Sequence record: MN158213.1
Strand: one strand, 5' to 3'
Length of the DNA stretch: 44,021 bases
DNA from: Escherichia phage BEK2-2
Of the stretch, positions 1 through 10,200 are shown piece by piece. A program made the translations under genes and the position numbers. Every line of letters begins with the position of its first letter. Positions within the stretch are counted from its first letter, which is position 1. A model generated the notes under the pieces. It worked only from the letters and a program-made list of their open reading frames with translations. It did not search any database and was not told the DNA's origin.

Positions 1-141
1 GGCGCATACGGCATCGACTACGGCGTACTGGAATGGTTATTTAAGATGCACGGCATCGAAAACGCGCAACGTGCGTTTAAAGATATCAAGCTAATGGAAC
101 GCGTTGCGCTGGATGAGATGGCGCGGCAGAACCCCGCATAA
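1..141 (+). CDS. 3' end of a gene truncated by the window edge; possibly a tail assembly chaperone by position upstream of the tape measure gene
   Basis: Frame 1 is open from base 1 to TAA at 139-141; position resembles lambda G/GT upstream of H. No sequence-level family recognition. Confidence 0.3.
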   Translation, partial: GAYGIDYGVLEWLFKMHGIENAQRAFKDIKLMERVALDEMARQNPA

Positions 142-146
142 CGAAG

Positions 147-330
147 CGGGACAGGCGGGACGTCCCGTTTTGTCCCGCCCCTCAAAAGTGAATGGCTATG
201 CGGTTTTTCTGCATAAAGTAAGCGGGACAAAAAGCGGGACAAACAGGAGGCGGGACAAAGCGGGACAGCACCCCTGTCCCAGTCAGTGCTGCCGCTGGTT
301 TTAGCCGATCGGGACAGGCGGGACAAAGCC
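147..330. repeat. GGGACA iteron-like array, copy A (direct and inverted GCGGGACA units, including palindromes GGGACGTCCC and GGGACAG-N5-CTGTCCC)
   Basis: Read directly: at least 8 direct and 3 inverted GGGAC(A/G) units within about 180 bp; homologous to 27722-27828. Confidence 0.7.
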
Positions 331-384
331 CAGTCTTTCAGACTAGACGGGGGTCAATGGCCCCCCTCGTCTGAGACTGAATAA
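331..384. promoter_or_regulatory. Conserved 54 bp imperfect hairpin element, copy A (cagtctttcagactagacgggggtcaatggcccccctcgtctgagactgaataa)
   Basis: Identical to 27829-27882; arms agacggggg / cccccctcgtct can pair, nested inside agtct/agact arms. Confidence 0.6.
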
Positions 385-447
385 GGTTTGTTTTAAATTC
401 GCTGATACAATGACCGACGGCAACTGCATAAAAAGGGGGACTGCATA

Positions 448-3090
448 ATGGCAGATCAGGCAGCGGGCATCACGCTCAAGGCGGACGTCGCGCAAATTAA
501 AACGGCTAATACTGTGCTGGACACATTCGCGCAGAAATCCGAGAACACAGAACAGAAAGTAAAGAAATTAAACGACACACTCGGCAAGTCGAAAAAGGTT
601 ACTGGCGACGCCGCTGGAGGAATGGAAAAGTTAGCGACTGAATCGCAGCGCGCCGCCGACGGCATGACGAAACAGGAGCGACTAGCCAGCCGATTAGGCA
701 TGTCGACCAAAAACCTGGGATTTGCTTCACGGAACGCGGCATTCCAGTTACAGGATATTGCGGTAACGCTTGAGATGGGTATGCCGGTGCACCGCGTCAT
801 GCTTCAGCAGTTACCACAGCTAACCGGCGCATTCGGCGGATTAGGTAACACGCTGCGTTATGTTGCGGGCTTCCTCGGCCCAGTAGGGATCGGACTTGCG
901 GCAGTAACGGCGACGTTAGGCGTGGGCGTGGCAATCACGTCACGGGCAGAGAACCAGGTAGCCGCGCTTAATAAGACGCTGGCGCTGTCCGGTAATATTT
1001 CAGGCCTCACAGCTAACCAGATCCTTGTGCTGTCCGAGAACGCTGAGCGCATGGGCGGGTCATTTCGCAAGACGCGTGACACAATCCAGGCGCTGGCGGC
1101 GGCGGGTGTGAAAGCGGGTGGTGACTTCGGCGCATTGGCTAAGGTAGTTAATGACTTTGCGAAGGTGTCCAGCCAGCCGATCGAGGATGTGGTGGCGGCG
1201 GTGGCGAAGCTGTCAACCGACCCCGTTGGCGGACTGCGTGCGCTGGCGGATAAGTATCACGTCGTAAACGAAGCGCAGATCCAGCAGGTACAGTCGCTCG
1301 TTGATGCGGGTCGTGAGACAGACGCAGTTGCGTTGGCTAACAAAACAGCCGCTGCGTCGTTCACCAGTATGACCAATGAGGTCAAGGCGAACATGGGTAC
1401 GCTTGAGCGATCTATGAACGTCGTCACATCGGCAGCCAAATCAATGTGGGATGCCATCCTGGATGTGGGCCGCGCGCAGTCCTCCAATGAGTCCGAGATG
1501 AAAGCGCGCGAATCACTACAGCGCATGACCACGGCTTACTATGCCGAGATGAAAGCGGTAAACGCTGCCGGTGGGGTAATGACTGAAGCGCAGAAAGCAC
1601 GTATTAACATGCTTTACAGCGAACTGGTCGCCCAGGAAAAAGTGGTGGCGTCGCTCACCCTGCGTAACCGTGCTGAGCGAGACAACGCCCGCGCCGCAGA
1701 CGAATCCGCAAAGGCGAACGAGGAGGCCAACCGCACTGCCCGTGACCGCGCCGCGTTCGAGAAGGAATACGCCACCAACGCTAAGAAGCGCGCCGACGAG
1801 ATCGCCCGCCTCAATTTGCTGAATAAGCGCGGCGTTATTGATGAGAAAGAACTAGCCGAGGCGGTGAAGCAGGTAAACGAGCGGTACAAAGACCCAGCCC
1901 CGAAAAAGGCCGCGGCTGTTCGCGTGGATGCCGGTATGAAAATGCTGGAAGTCGCACGGAGCGAACTGGCCCAGCTTCGAGAATCCGGCAAGCAGATCGA
2001 AGCCAACGCGTCTACGCAGACCCGCACGCAACGCGCTCAAGCGGCCTTAAACAAGCTGATCGCCGACAATGAGCAGTTAATCGCTGCGAGCAAAGAAAGA
2101 GCGCTAACGGCAGCAGAAAAGCAGCAATTAGTCGAGTTCGGGCGCGTGAAGGAAGTCCGCGAGCAGATCGTCGAAGAAGCCAAATTGCTGGATGCGAAAG
2201 AGCAGCAGGTTAAGGCGCACGCGCAGATCGATGCCTTCGTTAAGAACCAGAACGCCGAACTAAAAGCCACCGCCGCGGGGTATGCGCTTTCCACTCGCGA
2301 AGCGGCAAACCTGCGCGAAGAATTGCAGCTAATTGACCGCCTGAAGCGGGTTGGCGCTAACGATACCGATATTGACAAGGCGGTGTCTAAGCTGCGAGAA
2401 GTGCAGGAAGCACAGACCGGCGCTAACGCCTCGTTATGGGATGGATTCAGTCGCGGGCTTAAGGATAGCGTGGATGAAATGGGTAACGGATATACGCAGA
2501 TGGCGTCGCTCACGAAATTTACATTCAGCGCTATGCAGGACACGATGAACGAGTTTTTCGAGACTGGTAAGCTGAACGCAAAGGATATGGTTAAGTCCAT
2601 CCTGAGCGAATTAATCAAGCTGGCTACCTCGCAGGCGTTCAAGTCCATCGTTAGCGCTTTCGGTGGTGACGGCGGAAAAAACGGATTGTTCGGCGCTATC
2701 TTCTCTGGCCTCACTAAGAATGCGGACGGCGGAGCGTACACAGGCGGCAATCTCGCGGCCTATTCGGGGAAAGTGGTAAGCCAGCCTACCTTTTTCAGTT
2801 ATGGCGTCCAGGCGTTCGCTAAGGGCGCTGGGTTGATGGGTGAGGCTGGACCCGAGGCCATCATGCCACTGAAGCGCGGGCCGGACGGGAAACTGGGCGT
2901 TGCCGCGTCTGGCGCAGGCGGTGGTATGGTCGTGACGACTAACGTTTACACGGGGACCGGTAAGACGGACACCAGTGTTAGCGGGCCAGACCCACGTACC
3001 GCGCAGGCGTTCGGCAAGCAAATCACCGAGGCGGTGAAGTCCGAGATCGTGAAAGCGACTAAACCAGGTGGTGTACTTTACAAACGATGA
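448..3090 (+). CDS. Tail tape measure protein
   Basis: 880 aa, Ala/Gln-rich with long coiled-coil stretches and a Gly-rich C-terminus; immediately upstream of M/L/K/I/J-like genes. Confidence 0.88.
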   Translation: MADQAAGITLKADVAQIKTANTVLDTFAQKSENTEQKVKKLNDTLGKSKKVTGDAAGGMEKLATESQRAADGMTKQERLASRLGMSTKNLGFASRNAAFQLQDIAVTLEMGMPVHRVMLQQLPQLTGAFGGLGNTLRYVAGFLGPVGIGLAAVTATLGVGVAITSRAENQVAALNKTLALSGNISGLTANQILVLSENAERMGGSFRKTRDTIQALAAAGVKAGGDFGALAKVVNDFAKVSSQPIEDVVAAVAKLSTDPVGGLRALADKYHVVNEAQIQQVQSLVDAGRETDAVALANKTAAASFTSMTNEVKANMGTLERSMNVVTSAAKSMWDAILDVGRAQSSNESEMKARESLQRMTTAYYAEMKAVNAAGGVMTEAQKARINMLYSELVAQEKVVASLTLRNRAERDNARAADESAKANEEANRTARDRAAFEKEYATNAKKRADEIARLNLLNKRGVIDEKELAEAVKQVNERYKDPAPKKAAAVRVDAGMKMLEVARSELAQLRESGKQIEANASTQTRTQRAQAALNKLIADNEQLIAASKERALTAAEKQQLVEFGRVKEVREQIVEEAKLLDAKEQQVKAHAQIDAFVKNQNAELKATAAGYALSTREAANLREELQLIDRLKRVGANDTDIDKAVSKLREVQEAQTGANASLWDGFSRGLKDSVDEMGNGYTQMASLTKFTFSAMQDTMNEFFETGKLNAKDMVKSILSELIKLATSQAFKSIVSAFGGDGGKNGLFGAIFSGLTKNADGGAYTGGNLAAYSGKVVSQPTFFSYGVQAFAKGAGLMGEAGPEAIMPLKRGPDGKLGVAASGAGGGMVVTTNVYTGTGKTDTSVSGPDPRTAQAFGKQITEAVKSEIVKATKPGGVLYKR

Positions 3091-3125
3091 TAAAATGGCC
3101 CTCACTACAACGTGGGGGCTTTTTA

Positions 3126-3724
3126 TGTCACAAGGTACAATCACACTAACGAAAGGAAGTAAGACCGTCACGGGCGCGGGAACGGCGTTCCTTAGCGAGA
3201 TCGGGAAGGTACTCGTATTCGCCCGCATCGACGGCAACGACTACACCGGCAAAATTGCGGCATTCAACTCGAACACGGTCATTACTCTTAAAGATAACTG
3301 GGCTGGGCCAACGAAATCCGGTGCGGCATATGAGCTAATCGAAGCACACGACCCGCGATCAAACGAATGGCCCTATTACTGGCACATGCAATTGCAGGGC
3401 GGTGGCGACGTGCAGTTAGCTTTCCGGTCCGAGGAATTGCAATTCGGTAATGGCTACGGGCAGAACATCGCGGACGGCCCGAACGCCGAAACTAAACAGT
3501 TCCCCGTGCAATTCATAGGGCTGACTACTGACAAGTGGTGCAACCCTAAACTGGTTTACAACTTCCTTCGCGGGCACTTCGTCAAGCCGTTTGTCGTCAC
3601 CGCGCCGGATGGCGAAACAGGTTTATTCGTGGTCGAGCGTTCGAGCTTGTCGTACACGGACAACGGACACCTCACGGCAACCGTATCCGCCACCCTTAAG
3701 ACTGCTATTGGATTCGTAAGATGA
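3126..3724 (+). CDS. Minor tail protein (lambda gpM position)
   Basis: Synteny between tape measure and gpL-like gene; start moved to the ATG at 3126 preceded by a GGGGG ribosome-binding site (ORF track begins at 3068). Confidence 0.55.
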
Positions 3725-4509
3725 ATAAACTTTATCGCGAGGCGACGCGCTTTGACCCATCGGGTCGCGTTCGCCTGATTCACATTGACGCGCAGGACGT
3801 GGAACCAGGCGACGGCGCGATCGGCGCGGGCCATCACTATTTTCACTACTGCTTTATTCCGCACACTGCCGAGGATATTGCTGCCGCTGGGGGTGACGAG
3901 GATAAGCTGAAGCCAAAATCAATCTTCTTCGGCGGGCAGGAGTTCGAATTTTGGCCCTTCGATTTATCCGGCCTTAACTTCTCCACATCGACGGCGGCAG
4001 AACCGCAACTAACAATCGTCGATATTGGCGGCATAATAACCCGGCTGTCGCTGAACCACGACCAGCTACTTGGCGCGAAGGTTGAGATCATTGATACGTT
4101 CGCGAAGTTCCTGGACAACGGGGCAGATCCAGACCCGACGCAGAAACGAGTTCAGGAGTATTACATCGACTCGCAGGTCGGGCGCAATCCGGGCAAGCAA
4201 ATTACCTTCGCACTATCCTCGCCTGCGGATATGGAAGGGCAGGTCGTTCCCCGTCGCCAAATCATGAATATGTGCGAGTGGGCGCTCAACGGGAAGTACG
4301 CCAGCGGGGACGGGTGCACCTGGAACCTTGCGAAGCCTGGTATAAAGTATTATGACGAGCGGGGTAATGAAGTCATTGCGATGAATATGGACCGATGTGG
4401 CGGCTGTTTGTCCGACTGTTATCTTCGATTTGGGCAAGGGCTTGCGGACCCGAAAGCGGCGGTGCTGGACTTCGGCGGCTTTCCTGGGTCCAGATTAATT
4501 AAGGGGTAG
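3721..4509 (+). CDS. Minor tail protein L-like (tail tip, Cys cluster)
   Basis: 262 aa; C-terminal cysteine cluster CEW...CTW...CGGC...C as in the Fe-S-binding lambda gpL family; synteny. Confidence 0.75.
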   Translation: MNKLYREATRFDPSGRVRLIHIDAQDVEPGDGAIGAGHHYFHYCFIPHTAEDIAAAGGDEDKLKPKSIFFGGQEFEFWPFDLSGLNFSTSTAAEPQLTIVDIGGIITRLSLNHDQLLGAKVEIIDTFAKFLDNGADPDPTQKRVQEYYIDSQVGRNPGKQITFALSSPADMEGQVVPRRQIMNMCEWALNGKYASGDGCTWNLAKPGIKYYDERGNEVIAMNMDRCGGCLSDCYLRFGQGLADPKAAVLDFGGFPGSRLIKG

Positions 4510-4511
4510 CC

Positions 4512-5252
4512 ATGTTAACGAAAAAGGTTAAAAGCGATATCGCCGCGCACGTTGCGGCGTGTCTGCCGGAAGAAGCCTGCGGCCTGGTGGTCATGGTGGG
4601 TCGTAAGCAAGTGTTCGTCCCATGTCTGAACGTATTTGAAGACCCGACCGGCGTGCGCTCACGCAAAGACGCGTTTACTATTAGTGATATGGCCTGGATG
4701 GATGCCGAGGATATGGGCGACGTCGTGCGCGTAGTCCACTCGCATCCGGGCCAGCGCGAGCTTACCCCATCACTGGGAGACGTTAACGGATGCAACGGCA
4801 GCGGCGTAGTCTGGACCATCACTAACGAATATGGCGACTTTATCGAGATCGACCCTGAAGACCCGCCGCTGGTAGGCCGCCGATTTGTTCTCGGAATTAC
4901 GGATTGTTACGGCCTCGTCATGGACTGGCACAAAAAGCAGGGCGTAAACCTGCCAGACTTCCGCGTGCCGTATAACTGGTGGGAGACAGGTGAAAACCTG
5001 TATATGGACAATTGGTACGGTGCGGGCTTCAGGGAATGCGAGGAGAATACGCCGGGGGCGATGGTTATCATGCAGATTAGCGCGCCAGTACCTAACCATG
5101 CTGGGATATTCCTTCCGGGCAACCAACTACTACACCACATCTACGGCAGTCTGTCGAGCGTAGTCCCTTTCCGGGCAGGATTTTTCCGCGACAATGTGGT
5201 TAAATGGGTCCGTCATAAAGACCTACCGGGGGATATCACAGAATGGCAATGA
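4512..5252 (+). CDS. Tail assembly protein K-like (JAB/MPN plus NlpC/P60-like domains)
   Basis: JAMM-like motif VVHSHPG plus a Cys/His-containing C-terminal half; size and position match lambda gpK. Confidence 0.75.
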   Translation: MLTKKVKSDIAAHVAACLPEEACGLVVMVGRKQVFVPCLNVFEDPTGVRSRKDAFTISDMAWMDAEDMGDVVRVVHSHPGQRELTPSLGDVNGCNGSGVVWTITNEYGDFIEIDPEDPPLVGRRFVLGITDCYGLVMDWHKKQGVNLPDFRVPYNWWETGENLYMDNWYGAGFRECEENTPGAMVIMQISAPVPNHAGIFLPGNQLLHHIYGSLSSVVPFRAGFFRDNVVKWVRHKDLPGDITEWQ

Positions 5253-5860
5253 CAACGTTTAAATTGTACGGCGTTTTGGGGCGTCGATTCGGTAAAGTTC
5301 ATAAGCTGGACTGCTTCACTCCGGGCGAGGGTATTACCGGCCTGTGCGTGAAGTTACCCGGCTTACAGGACTTTCTAATGTCAGCCCACCTGGACAATAT
5401 GATGTTCAAGGTGCGCAAAGGCGACCACACGATGACCGGCTATGATGAGCTGGGTGAGTTCCACGGCAACCGCGTCGTCACCATCGCGCCGGTTATGACT
5501 GGCGCAAAAAGAGGGTTGGGACAATTGCTGGCGGGTGTCGCGATCGTAGTGGCGTCGTTCTATACGGGCGGACTTGCTACTGCTGCTTTCGGGGCTTCGG
5601 CTGCAACCGCTGCCGCTATCGGGACGGCGACGTTTTCGTTCGGGATGTCGATGGCGCTGGGTGGCGTTATGCAATTGCTATCTCCGCAACCGAAAGGATT
5701 GCAGACACGGCAGGATGTGGATAACAAGGCGTCGTATGCGTTCGGCGGCCCAGTAAACACTACCGCGCAAGGCACGGCTCTTGGTGTATTATGGGGCGAG
5801 CGTGAGATCGGCGGCGCTATTATTTCAGCCGGAATCGTAACCGAGGACTTGAACGAATGA
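5243..5860 (+). CDS. Tail assembly protein I-like
   Basis: 205 aa with Gly/Ala-rich hydrophobic C-terminal half; lies between K-like and J-like genes. Confidence 0.65.
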   Translation: MAMTTFKLYGVLGRRFGKVHKLDCFTPGEGITGLCVKLPGLQDFLMSAHLDNMMFKVRKGDHTMTGYDELGEFHGNRVVTIAPVMTGAKRGLGQLLAGVAIVVASFYTGGLATAAFGASAATAAAIGTATFSFGMSMALGGVMQLLSPQPKGLQTRQDVDNKASYAFGGPVNTTAQGTALGVLWGEREIGGAIISAGIVTEDLNE

Positions 5861-8800
5861 CGATTATCTACGACGTCACAGGGCATAAAGGCGGCGGCGG
5901 AAAACAGCACACCCCACAGGAGACGCCAGATAGCCTGCATTCGCTGGCTAAAATCCGCATCTTGCTTGCGCTGGGGGAAGGGGAATTCGAAAGTATTACC
6001 AGCGCCAGCGAATTGCGGCAGCGTGTTTACCTGGATGGAACGCCGATCCAGAACGCTGACTTGTCCGAAAACTTCCCTGGCGCGCGTGTGGAGTTCCGCC
6101 CCGGCACACAGCACCAGGATGTGATCCACGGATTTTCAGCGGTGGAAAGTGAGCAATCTGTCGGCGTAAAACTGGAAAACGGTACGCCGTGGGTACGCCA
6201 GATTAACGATACCAGTCTGGACGCCGTTCGCATTCGCATCGGAATTCCGGCCCTGTACACTAACGAAGATAATGGCGACCTGGTTGGCGGACGCATTGAC
6301 TATAAGATCGTTGTGTATACGGATAACGCCGACCCGCGTGAGTTCAGATTCGCCGCCGTTGGTAAAACAATGTCGCTGTATGAGCGCGACCACCGCATCG
6401 AATTACCGCCGAACGTGAATACCGGCTGGCGCGTGGAGGTGCACCGCATAACGGCAGACTCCACATCGGCGAAAGTGGTTAATGATATCCGGGTGCAGTC
6501 CATCACTGAGATTATTGACGCCCGCCTGCGTTACCCGCTAACCGCGCTGTTGTTTGTGGAGTTCGACGCCAAAGCGTTCCAGAACATCCCGCGCGTGTCC
6601 ATCAAGTGCAAAGGTCGCAAAGTTCTAATACCGAACAACTACGACCCGATCAATCATACCTATTCCGGGGACTGGGACGGCACGTTTAAACGCGCATGGA
6701 CTGATAACCCTGCGTGGCACTGGTACGATATTTGTATTACTGAGCGCTTCGGCCTCGGTCGGCGTATCAAACCGCAAATGCTAAACCGATACGCGCTCTA
6801 CCAGATTGCGCAGCGCTGCGATCAGTTGGTCAGCGACGGCAACGGTGGTAGAGAAATCCGCTTTAAGAATGATATGTACATTCAGTCACAGACGGATGCC
6901 TGGACCGTGCTTAAGGATTTAGCCGCCATCTTCGCCGGAATGACCTGGTGGGGCAACCAGATGTTGAATATCGTCAGTGACCAACCGGTCGCAGCAGTGT
7001 CGCACACTATCACCAACGCCTCGGTAATTGATGGGCGATTCGACTACGCATCTGGTAGCCAGAAAACGCGCTATTCCACATTCGCGGTAGCATACGGCAA
7101 TCCGAAAAACCACTATGAAGATGCTATCGCAACGGGGCAACGTGTCGAACTGGTACGCCGCCATAAGATTAACCGTCTTGATATTACGGCGATCGGCTGT
7201 ACGCGCGAGTCAGAAGCGCAACGCCGGGGGCACTGGGCGCTAATCTCAAACCAGCTTGACCAGCAAGTTAGTTTTAAGGTGGGCATGGAGGGGCTATTCT
7301 TTATTCCTGGTAGCGTAGTAGCGATCGCGGATACTAATATTTCTGGCGGATTCGAGACTCGCGGCGGTCGCCTGTTGTCAGACCCTGGCACGCGTACCGT
7401 GCTGAACACGGACTGCGAAATCACGTTCCGCCCTGGCGATAAGTTCCTGGTGCGTACAGATAGCGGAAATGTGGAGACTCGCGAGATCGCCAACGTCAAC
7501 GGCAACAAGGTCACGCTAAAAACCGCACTGGATGCCGACCCGATTCCAGACCAGCCGTTTTGCGTTGATGGTGACGATATCCAGTTGCAGAAGTTCCGCA
7601 TAACCGACCTGGAATATGATGACTCTACCAGCACTTTCTCGGTGCGCGGGATTGAATACAACGATAGCAAATATGATGCCGTTGATAATGGCGCGCGCCT
7701 AGACCCGGGCATCTTTACGCAAGTGCCGGACGGTGTAATGAAGGGGCCGGAATCCGTGACTATAACTCCGTCGCAGATTTCATCGCAAGGCCAGCTAATC
7801 ACCAACGTGGATATTGTATTCCCTCCGGTGAAAGATGCCGTGGTGTATGAAATCCAGTGGAGGCGTACTAGCCTGCAGAATATGGAAATCCAGTGGGGTA
7901 ACGACTGGGTGAATATCCCGCGCACGGCGTCGAATGGGGCGCACATCCCCAACGTGTTCTCCGGTAACTATCAGGCACGCGTCCGCGCGATCGGTATGGG
8001 TGAAATCTCGTCCCCGTGGGTGTCGTCCCCCATCACGCCGATCGAAGGTCGCCTCGGTGGGCTTAATGCGCCAATCATCACCAACGCGATTTCAGGTTTG
8101 CACCAGATCCTATGGAAGTGGAACCACAACAACGCCGCGACTGATATCTCTTACACCGAGCTTGAAGTGCGCAAGACGGGCGAAACGGAATGGAAATTCC
8201 TGTCCAACGTCCCATACCCTGGGGCGGAGTATGCGCAAACGTCGCTGGAGTTCGGAATTTACCAGCAGTTGCGCGCCCGTGTAGCGGATAAAATCGGCAA
8301 CCTGTCGGACTGGTCGGCCCCGTTTGAAGGGCAGGTGAGTGACAAAGTTGACGAGTATATGAAGGGGTTGGACAACGAGTTTTTGACTTCCGAGGACGGT
8401 AAACGCTTCCAGGAAGCAATCGACACGGTCCCGCAGGGTATTTACGAGGCAATGCTCACCGACGCGCAGCAGTTGTTTAACGCCCGTGCCGAGTACAAAG
8501 GGATTTACGCAGAAATCAAGGTGGCTTATAACGTAGCCGCGGATGCCCACAAGGCCGTAGCGCAACTGGAGACGTTGATCGGCACGCGCCTCGACGATGC
8601 GGAAGCGGCGATCCACACGTTGCAGACAGCGCAAAGCACCCACGAACAAGCGTTCGCCCAGTACCAACAAACGGTTGCCGCTAAGTTTGGGGAACAGGAA
8701 GCCGCCATCCAGCAGGTACAAACGGCAACGGCAGACGTAGCGGGCGCGCTGGCGGAGTACAAGACCCAGGTGGCGGCACAGTTCGGTCAGCAGTCTGCAG

Positions 8801-9279
8801 CTATTGAGCAGAAGATGACGTCCACGTTTAACCATGCCGGTGGCAACGCCACATACAGCCTTAAGGCGGGCGTGACGTATAACGGGACTTACTATGATGC
8901 TGGTATGCAGCTTTCCGTCGTGGCGGAAGGCGGCGCGGTTAAATCCCGCATCGCATTCAAAGCGGACCAGTTCTACATCATGCACCCATCTAACGGGTCG
9001 CTTTCGTCCGCGTTTATCGTAGACGGCGGCGCGGTGTATATTGACACGGCGCGCATCAAGGACGCGACTATTAACTTCGCGCAGATCACGGACACGCTGC
9101 AATCGAGTAACTACGACGGCATCACTCGCGGATGGCGCTTAGGGAAAGATGGAACGTTCATCAACCTGGGCACAGGTAGCGGTGGCGGGGCGATGAAAAT
9201 GACGAATGATACAATCAGCGTCAAGGATTCGAACGGAGTTTTGCGAGTTCAGCTTGGTAAAATCACTGGCAGTTGGTAG
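5857..9279 (+). CDS. Host specificity protein J-like central tail fibre / tip attachment protein
   Basis: 1140 aa, follows I-like gene; size and position match the lambda J family. Confidence 0.85.
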   Translation: MTIIYDVTGHKGGGGKQHTPQETPDSLHSLAKIRILLALGEGEFESITSASELRQRVYLDGTPIQNADLSENFPGARVEFRPGTQHQDVIHGFSAVESEQSVGVKLENGTPWVRQINDTSLDAVRIRIGIPALYTNEDNGDLVGGRIDYKIVVYTDNADPREFRFAAVGKTMSLYERDHRIELPPNVNTGWRVEVHRITADSTSAKVVNDIRVQSITEIIDARLRYPLTALLFVEFDAKAFQNIPRVSIKCKGRKVLIPNNYDPINHTYSGDWDGTFKRAWTDNPAWHWYDICITERFGLGRRIKPQMLNRYALYQIAQRCDQLVSDGNGGREIRFKNDMYIQSQTDAWTVLKDLAAIFAGMTWWGNQMLNIVSDQPVAAVSHTITNASVIDGRFDYASGSQKTRYSTFAVAYGNPKNHYEDAIATGQRVELVRRHKINRLDITAIGCTRESEAQRRGHWALISNQLDQQVSFKVGMEGLFFIPGSVVAIADTNISGGFETRGGRLLSDPGTRTVLNTDCEITFRPGDKFLVRTDSGNVETREIANVNGNKVTLKTALDADPIPDQPFCVDGDDIQLQKFRITDLEYDDSTSTFSVRGIEYNDSKYDAVDNGARLDPGIFTQVPDGVMKGPESVTITPSQISSQGQLITNVDIVFPPVKDAVVYEIQWRRTSLQNMEIQWGNDWVNIPRTASNGAHIPNVFSGNYQARVRAIGMGEISSPWVSSPITPIEGRLGGLNAPIITNAISGLHQILWKWNHNNAATDISYTELEVRKTGETEWKFLSNVPYPGAEYAQTSLEFGIYQQLRARVADKIGNLSDWSAPFEGQVSDKVDEYMKGLDNEFLTSEDGKRFQEAIDTVPQGIYEAMLTDAQQLFNARAEYKGIYAEIKVAYNVAADAHKAVAQLETLIGTRLDDAEAAIHTLQTAQSTHEQAFAQYQQTVAAKFGEQEAAIQQVQTATADVAGALAEYKTQVAAQFGQQSAAIEQKMTSTFNHAGGNATYSLKAGVTYNGTYYDAGMQLSVVAEGGAVKSRIAFKADQFYIMHPSNGSLSSAFIVDGGAVYIDTARIKDATINFAQITDTLQSSNYDGITRGWRLGKDGTFINLGTGSGGGAMKMTNDTISVKDSNGVLRVQLGKITGSW

Positions 9280-9305
9280 CACAGGGGTCCATACGGACCC
9301 CTCTA

Positions 9306-9920
9306 TCAGTCATATTTAGCGGCATCTATCACAAGTATGGATGATGAGTAATAAACGCCAAGCGGCCCCGGTGTGTGGGCTACTTGCTTAGCTATCGAAT
9401 AAATACTTGTCCCGGATGCGCCGGATTGTGACTCGTAAATAGCGTGCCCACCAATCTGAGGGGCGGGAACCGAGTTTATTGCCGTTTGTTGTGGGGATAC
9501 AGCACATGTATACCCCAAATTAACATCAAAAGACAGACCGTTTATAGGTATTTGGTGGGCCTCCAACGGCAACATTTTCCCGTGGTACACCATATCACCC
9601 GCAGAATTATAGAATGCGATCCCGTAGTCTCCCGGCGGTGTGACCATGTCACTAAAAGCATAAACCTTAATCCATCCGGGGTTGTCGGTCTTGTCTAGTC
9701 GGAGCGCATGATAACCACCGTTATTTATGTGCGTGAATGCGGTGTACGCGCGCCCGCCCATCCTCACAAAGAAAAAGCACACGCGATCGAATGGTATTGG
9801 AGTTGTAAAAACAGAACCGCTATATACACCCATATCACCGCGACTTATTAAATTAACAGGCGTAAAATCCGGGCTTAACCAAATGGACCCATCAGGCTTT
9901 ACAAGCTGCATTCCGTACAT
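9306..9920 (-). CDS. Hypothetical protein, third gene of a reverse-oriented cassette
   Basis: Start placed at the ATG (MYGMQLVKPDG...) preceded by GGGGG and lying 1 nt downstream of the upstream gene's stop; shares a YG(F/I)A(I/F)..GxD(V/M) motif with the upstream ORF. Confidence 0.5.
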   Translation of the reverse strand: MYGMQLVKPDGSIWLSPDFTPVNLISRGDMGVYSGSVFTTPIPFDRVCFFFVRMGGRAYTAFTHINNGGYHALRLDKTDNPGWIKVYAFSDMVTPPGDYGIAFYNSAGDMVYHGKMLPLEAHQIPINGLSFDVNLGYTCAVSPQQTAINSVPAPQIGGHAIYESQSGASGTSIYSIAKQVAHTPGPLGVYYSSSILVIDAAKYD

Positions 9921-9921
9921 G

Positions 9922-10200
9922 TTACCCCCAATACGTATATATAAACCTGGATTCACCAGCGTTAAAGCCGCTCCAGGAGACAGTGTTGTCGCTTACGGAT
10001 ATTGATGGCGCACCCCACGATGTGCCGTTCCAGGTATGCGTACCAACATAACCGGCCTTTAAACTTTTCCCCGGCGGACGGTTGTGATACGTCTTGCTCC
10101 CGGATGGTTGTGTGAATTTGTCGAGGAAAAAAACCGGCGTTAGCAGGCCGGTTACATCCCGGCCGTGCTCGTCAAAAATCGCGAACCCATAGTTACTCAC
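9922..10200 (-). CDS. Hypothetical protein, second gene of the reverse cassette
   Basis: GTG start preceded by GGAG; start overlaps the stop of the lipoprotein gene, suggesting translational coupling. Confidence 0.45.
   Translation of the reverse strand: MSNYGFAIFDEHGRDVTGLLTPVFFLDKFTQPSGSKTYHNRPPGKSLKAGYVGTHTWNGTSWGAPSISVSDNTVSWSGFNAGESRFIYTYWG

Noticed and set aside
104-304. ORF-track frame (66 aa) running through the GGGACA iteron array, and its counterpart 27627..27872 in copy B
   Set aside because: The two copies differ by substitutions and indels that change the encoded amino acids while the adjacent hairpin is perfectly conserved, and the sequence is made of short nucleotide repeats; a DNA/RNA-level element is more plausible than a protein.
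18-326. 102 aa minus-strand ORF at the window start
   Set aside because: Antisense to the chaperone-like gene end and the iteron array; composition reflects the repeats, not a protein.
147-330. Possible CRISPR array suggested by the short direct repeats
   Set aside because: Repeat units are only 6-8 bp with irregular 2-6 bp spacing and include inverted copies; there are no 25-40 bp repeats separated by unique spacers and no cas genes.
8110-9102. 330 aa antisense ORF inside the J gene, and similar long shadow ORFs (12786..14138, 20006..21007, 17271..17855, 39293..39847)
   Set aside because: Each lies entirely antisense to a strongly supported gene (J, replication genes, scaffold), has an Arg/Leu-rich composition typical of GC-rich antisense frames, and lacks a credible ribosome-binding site.
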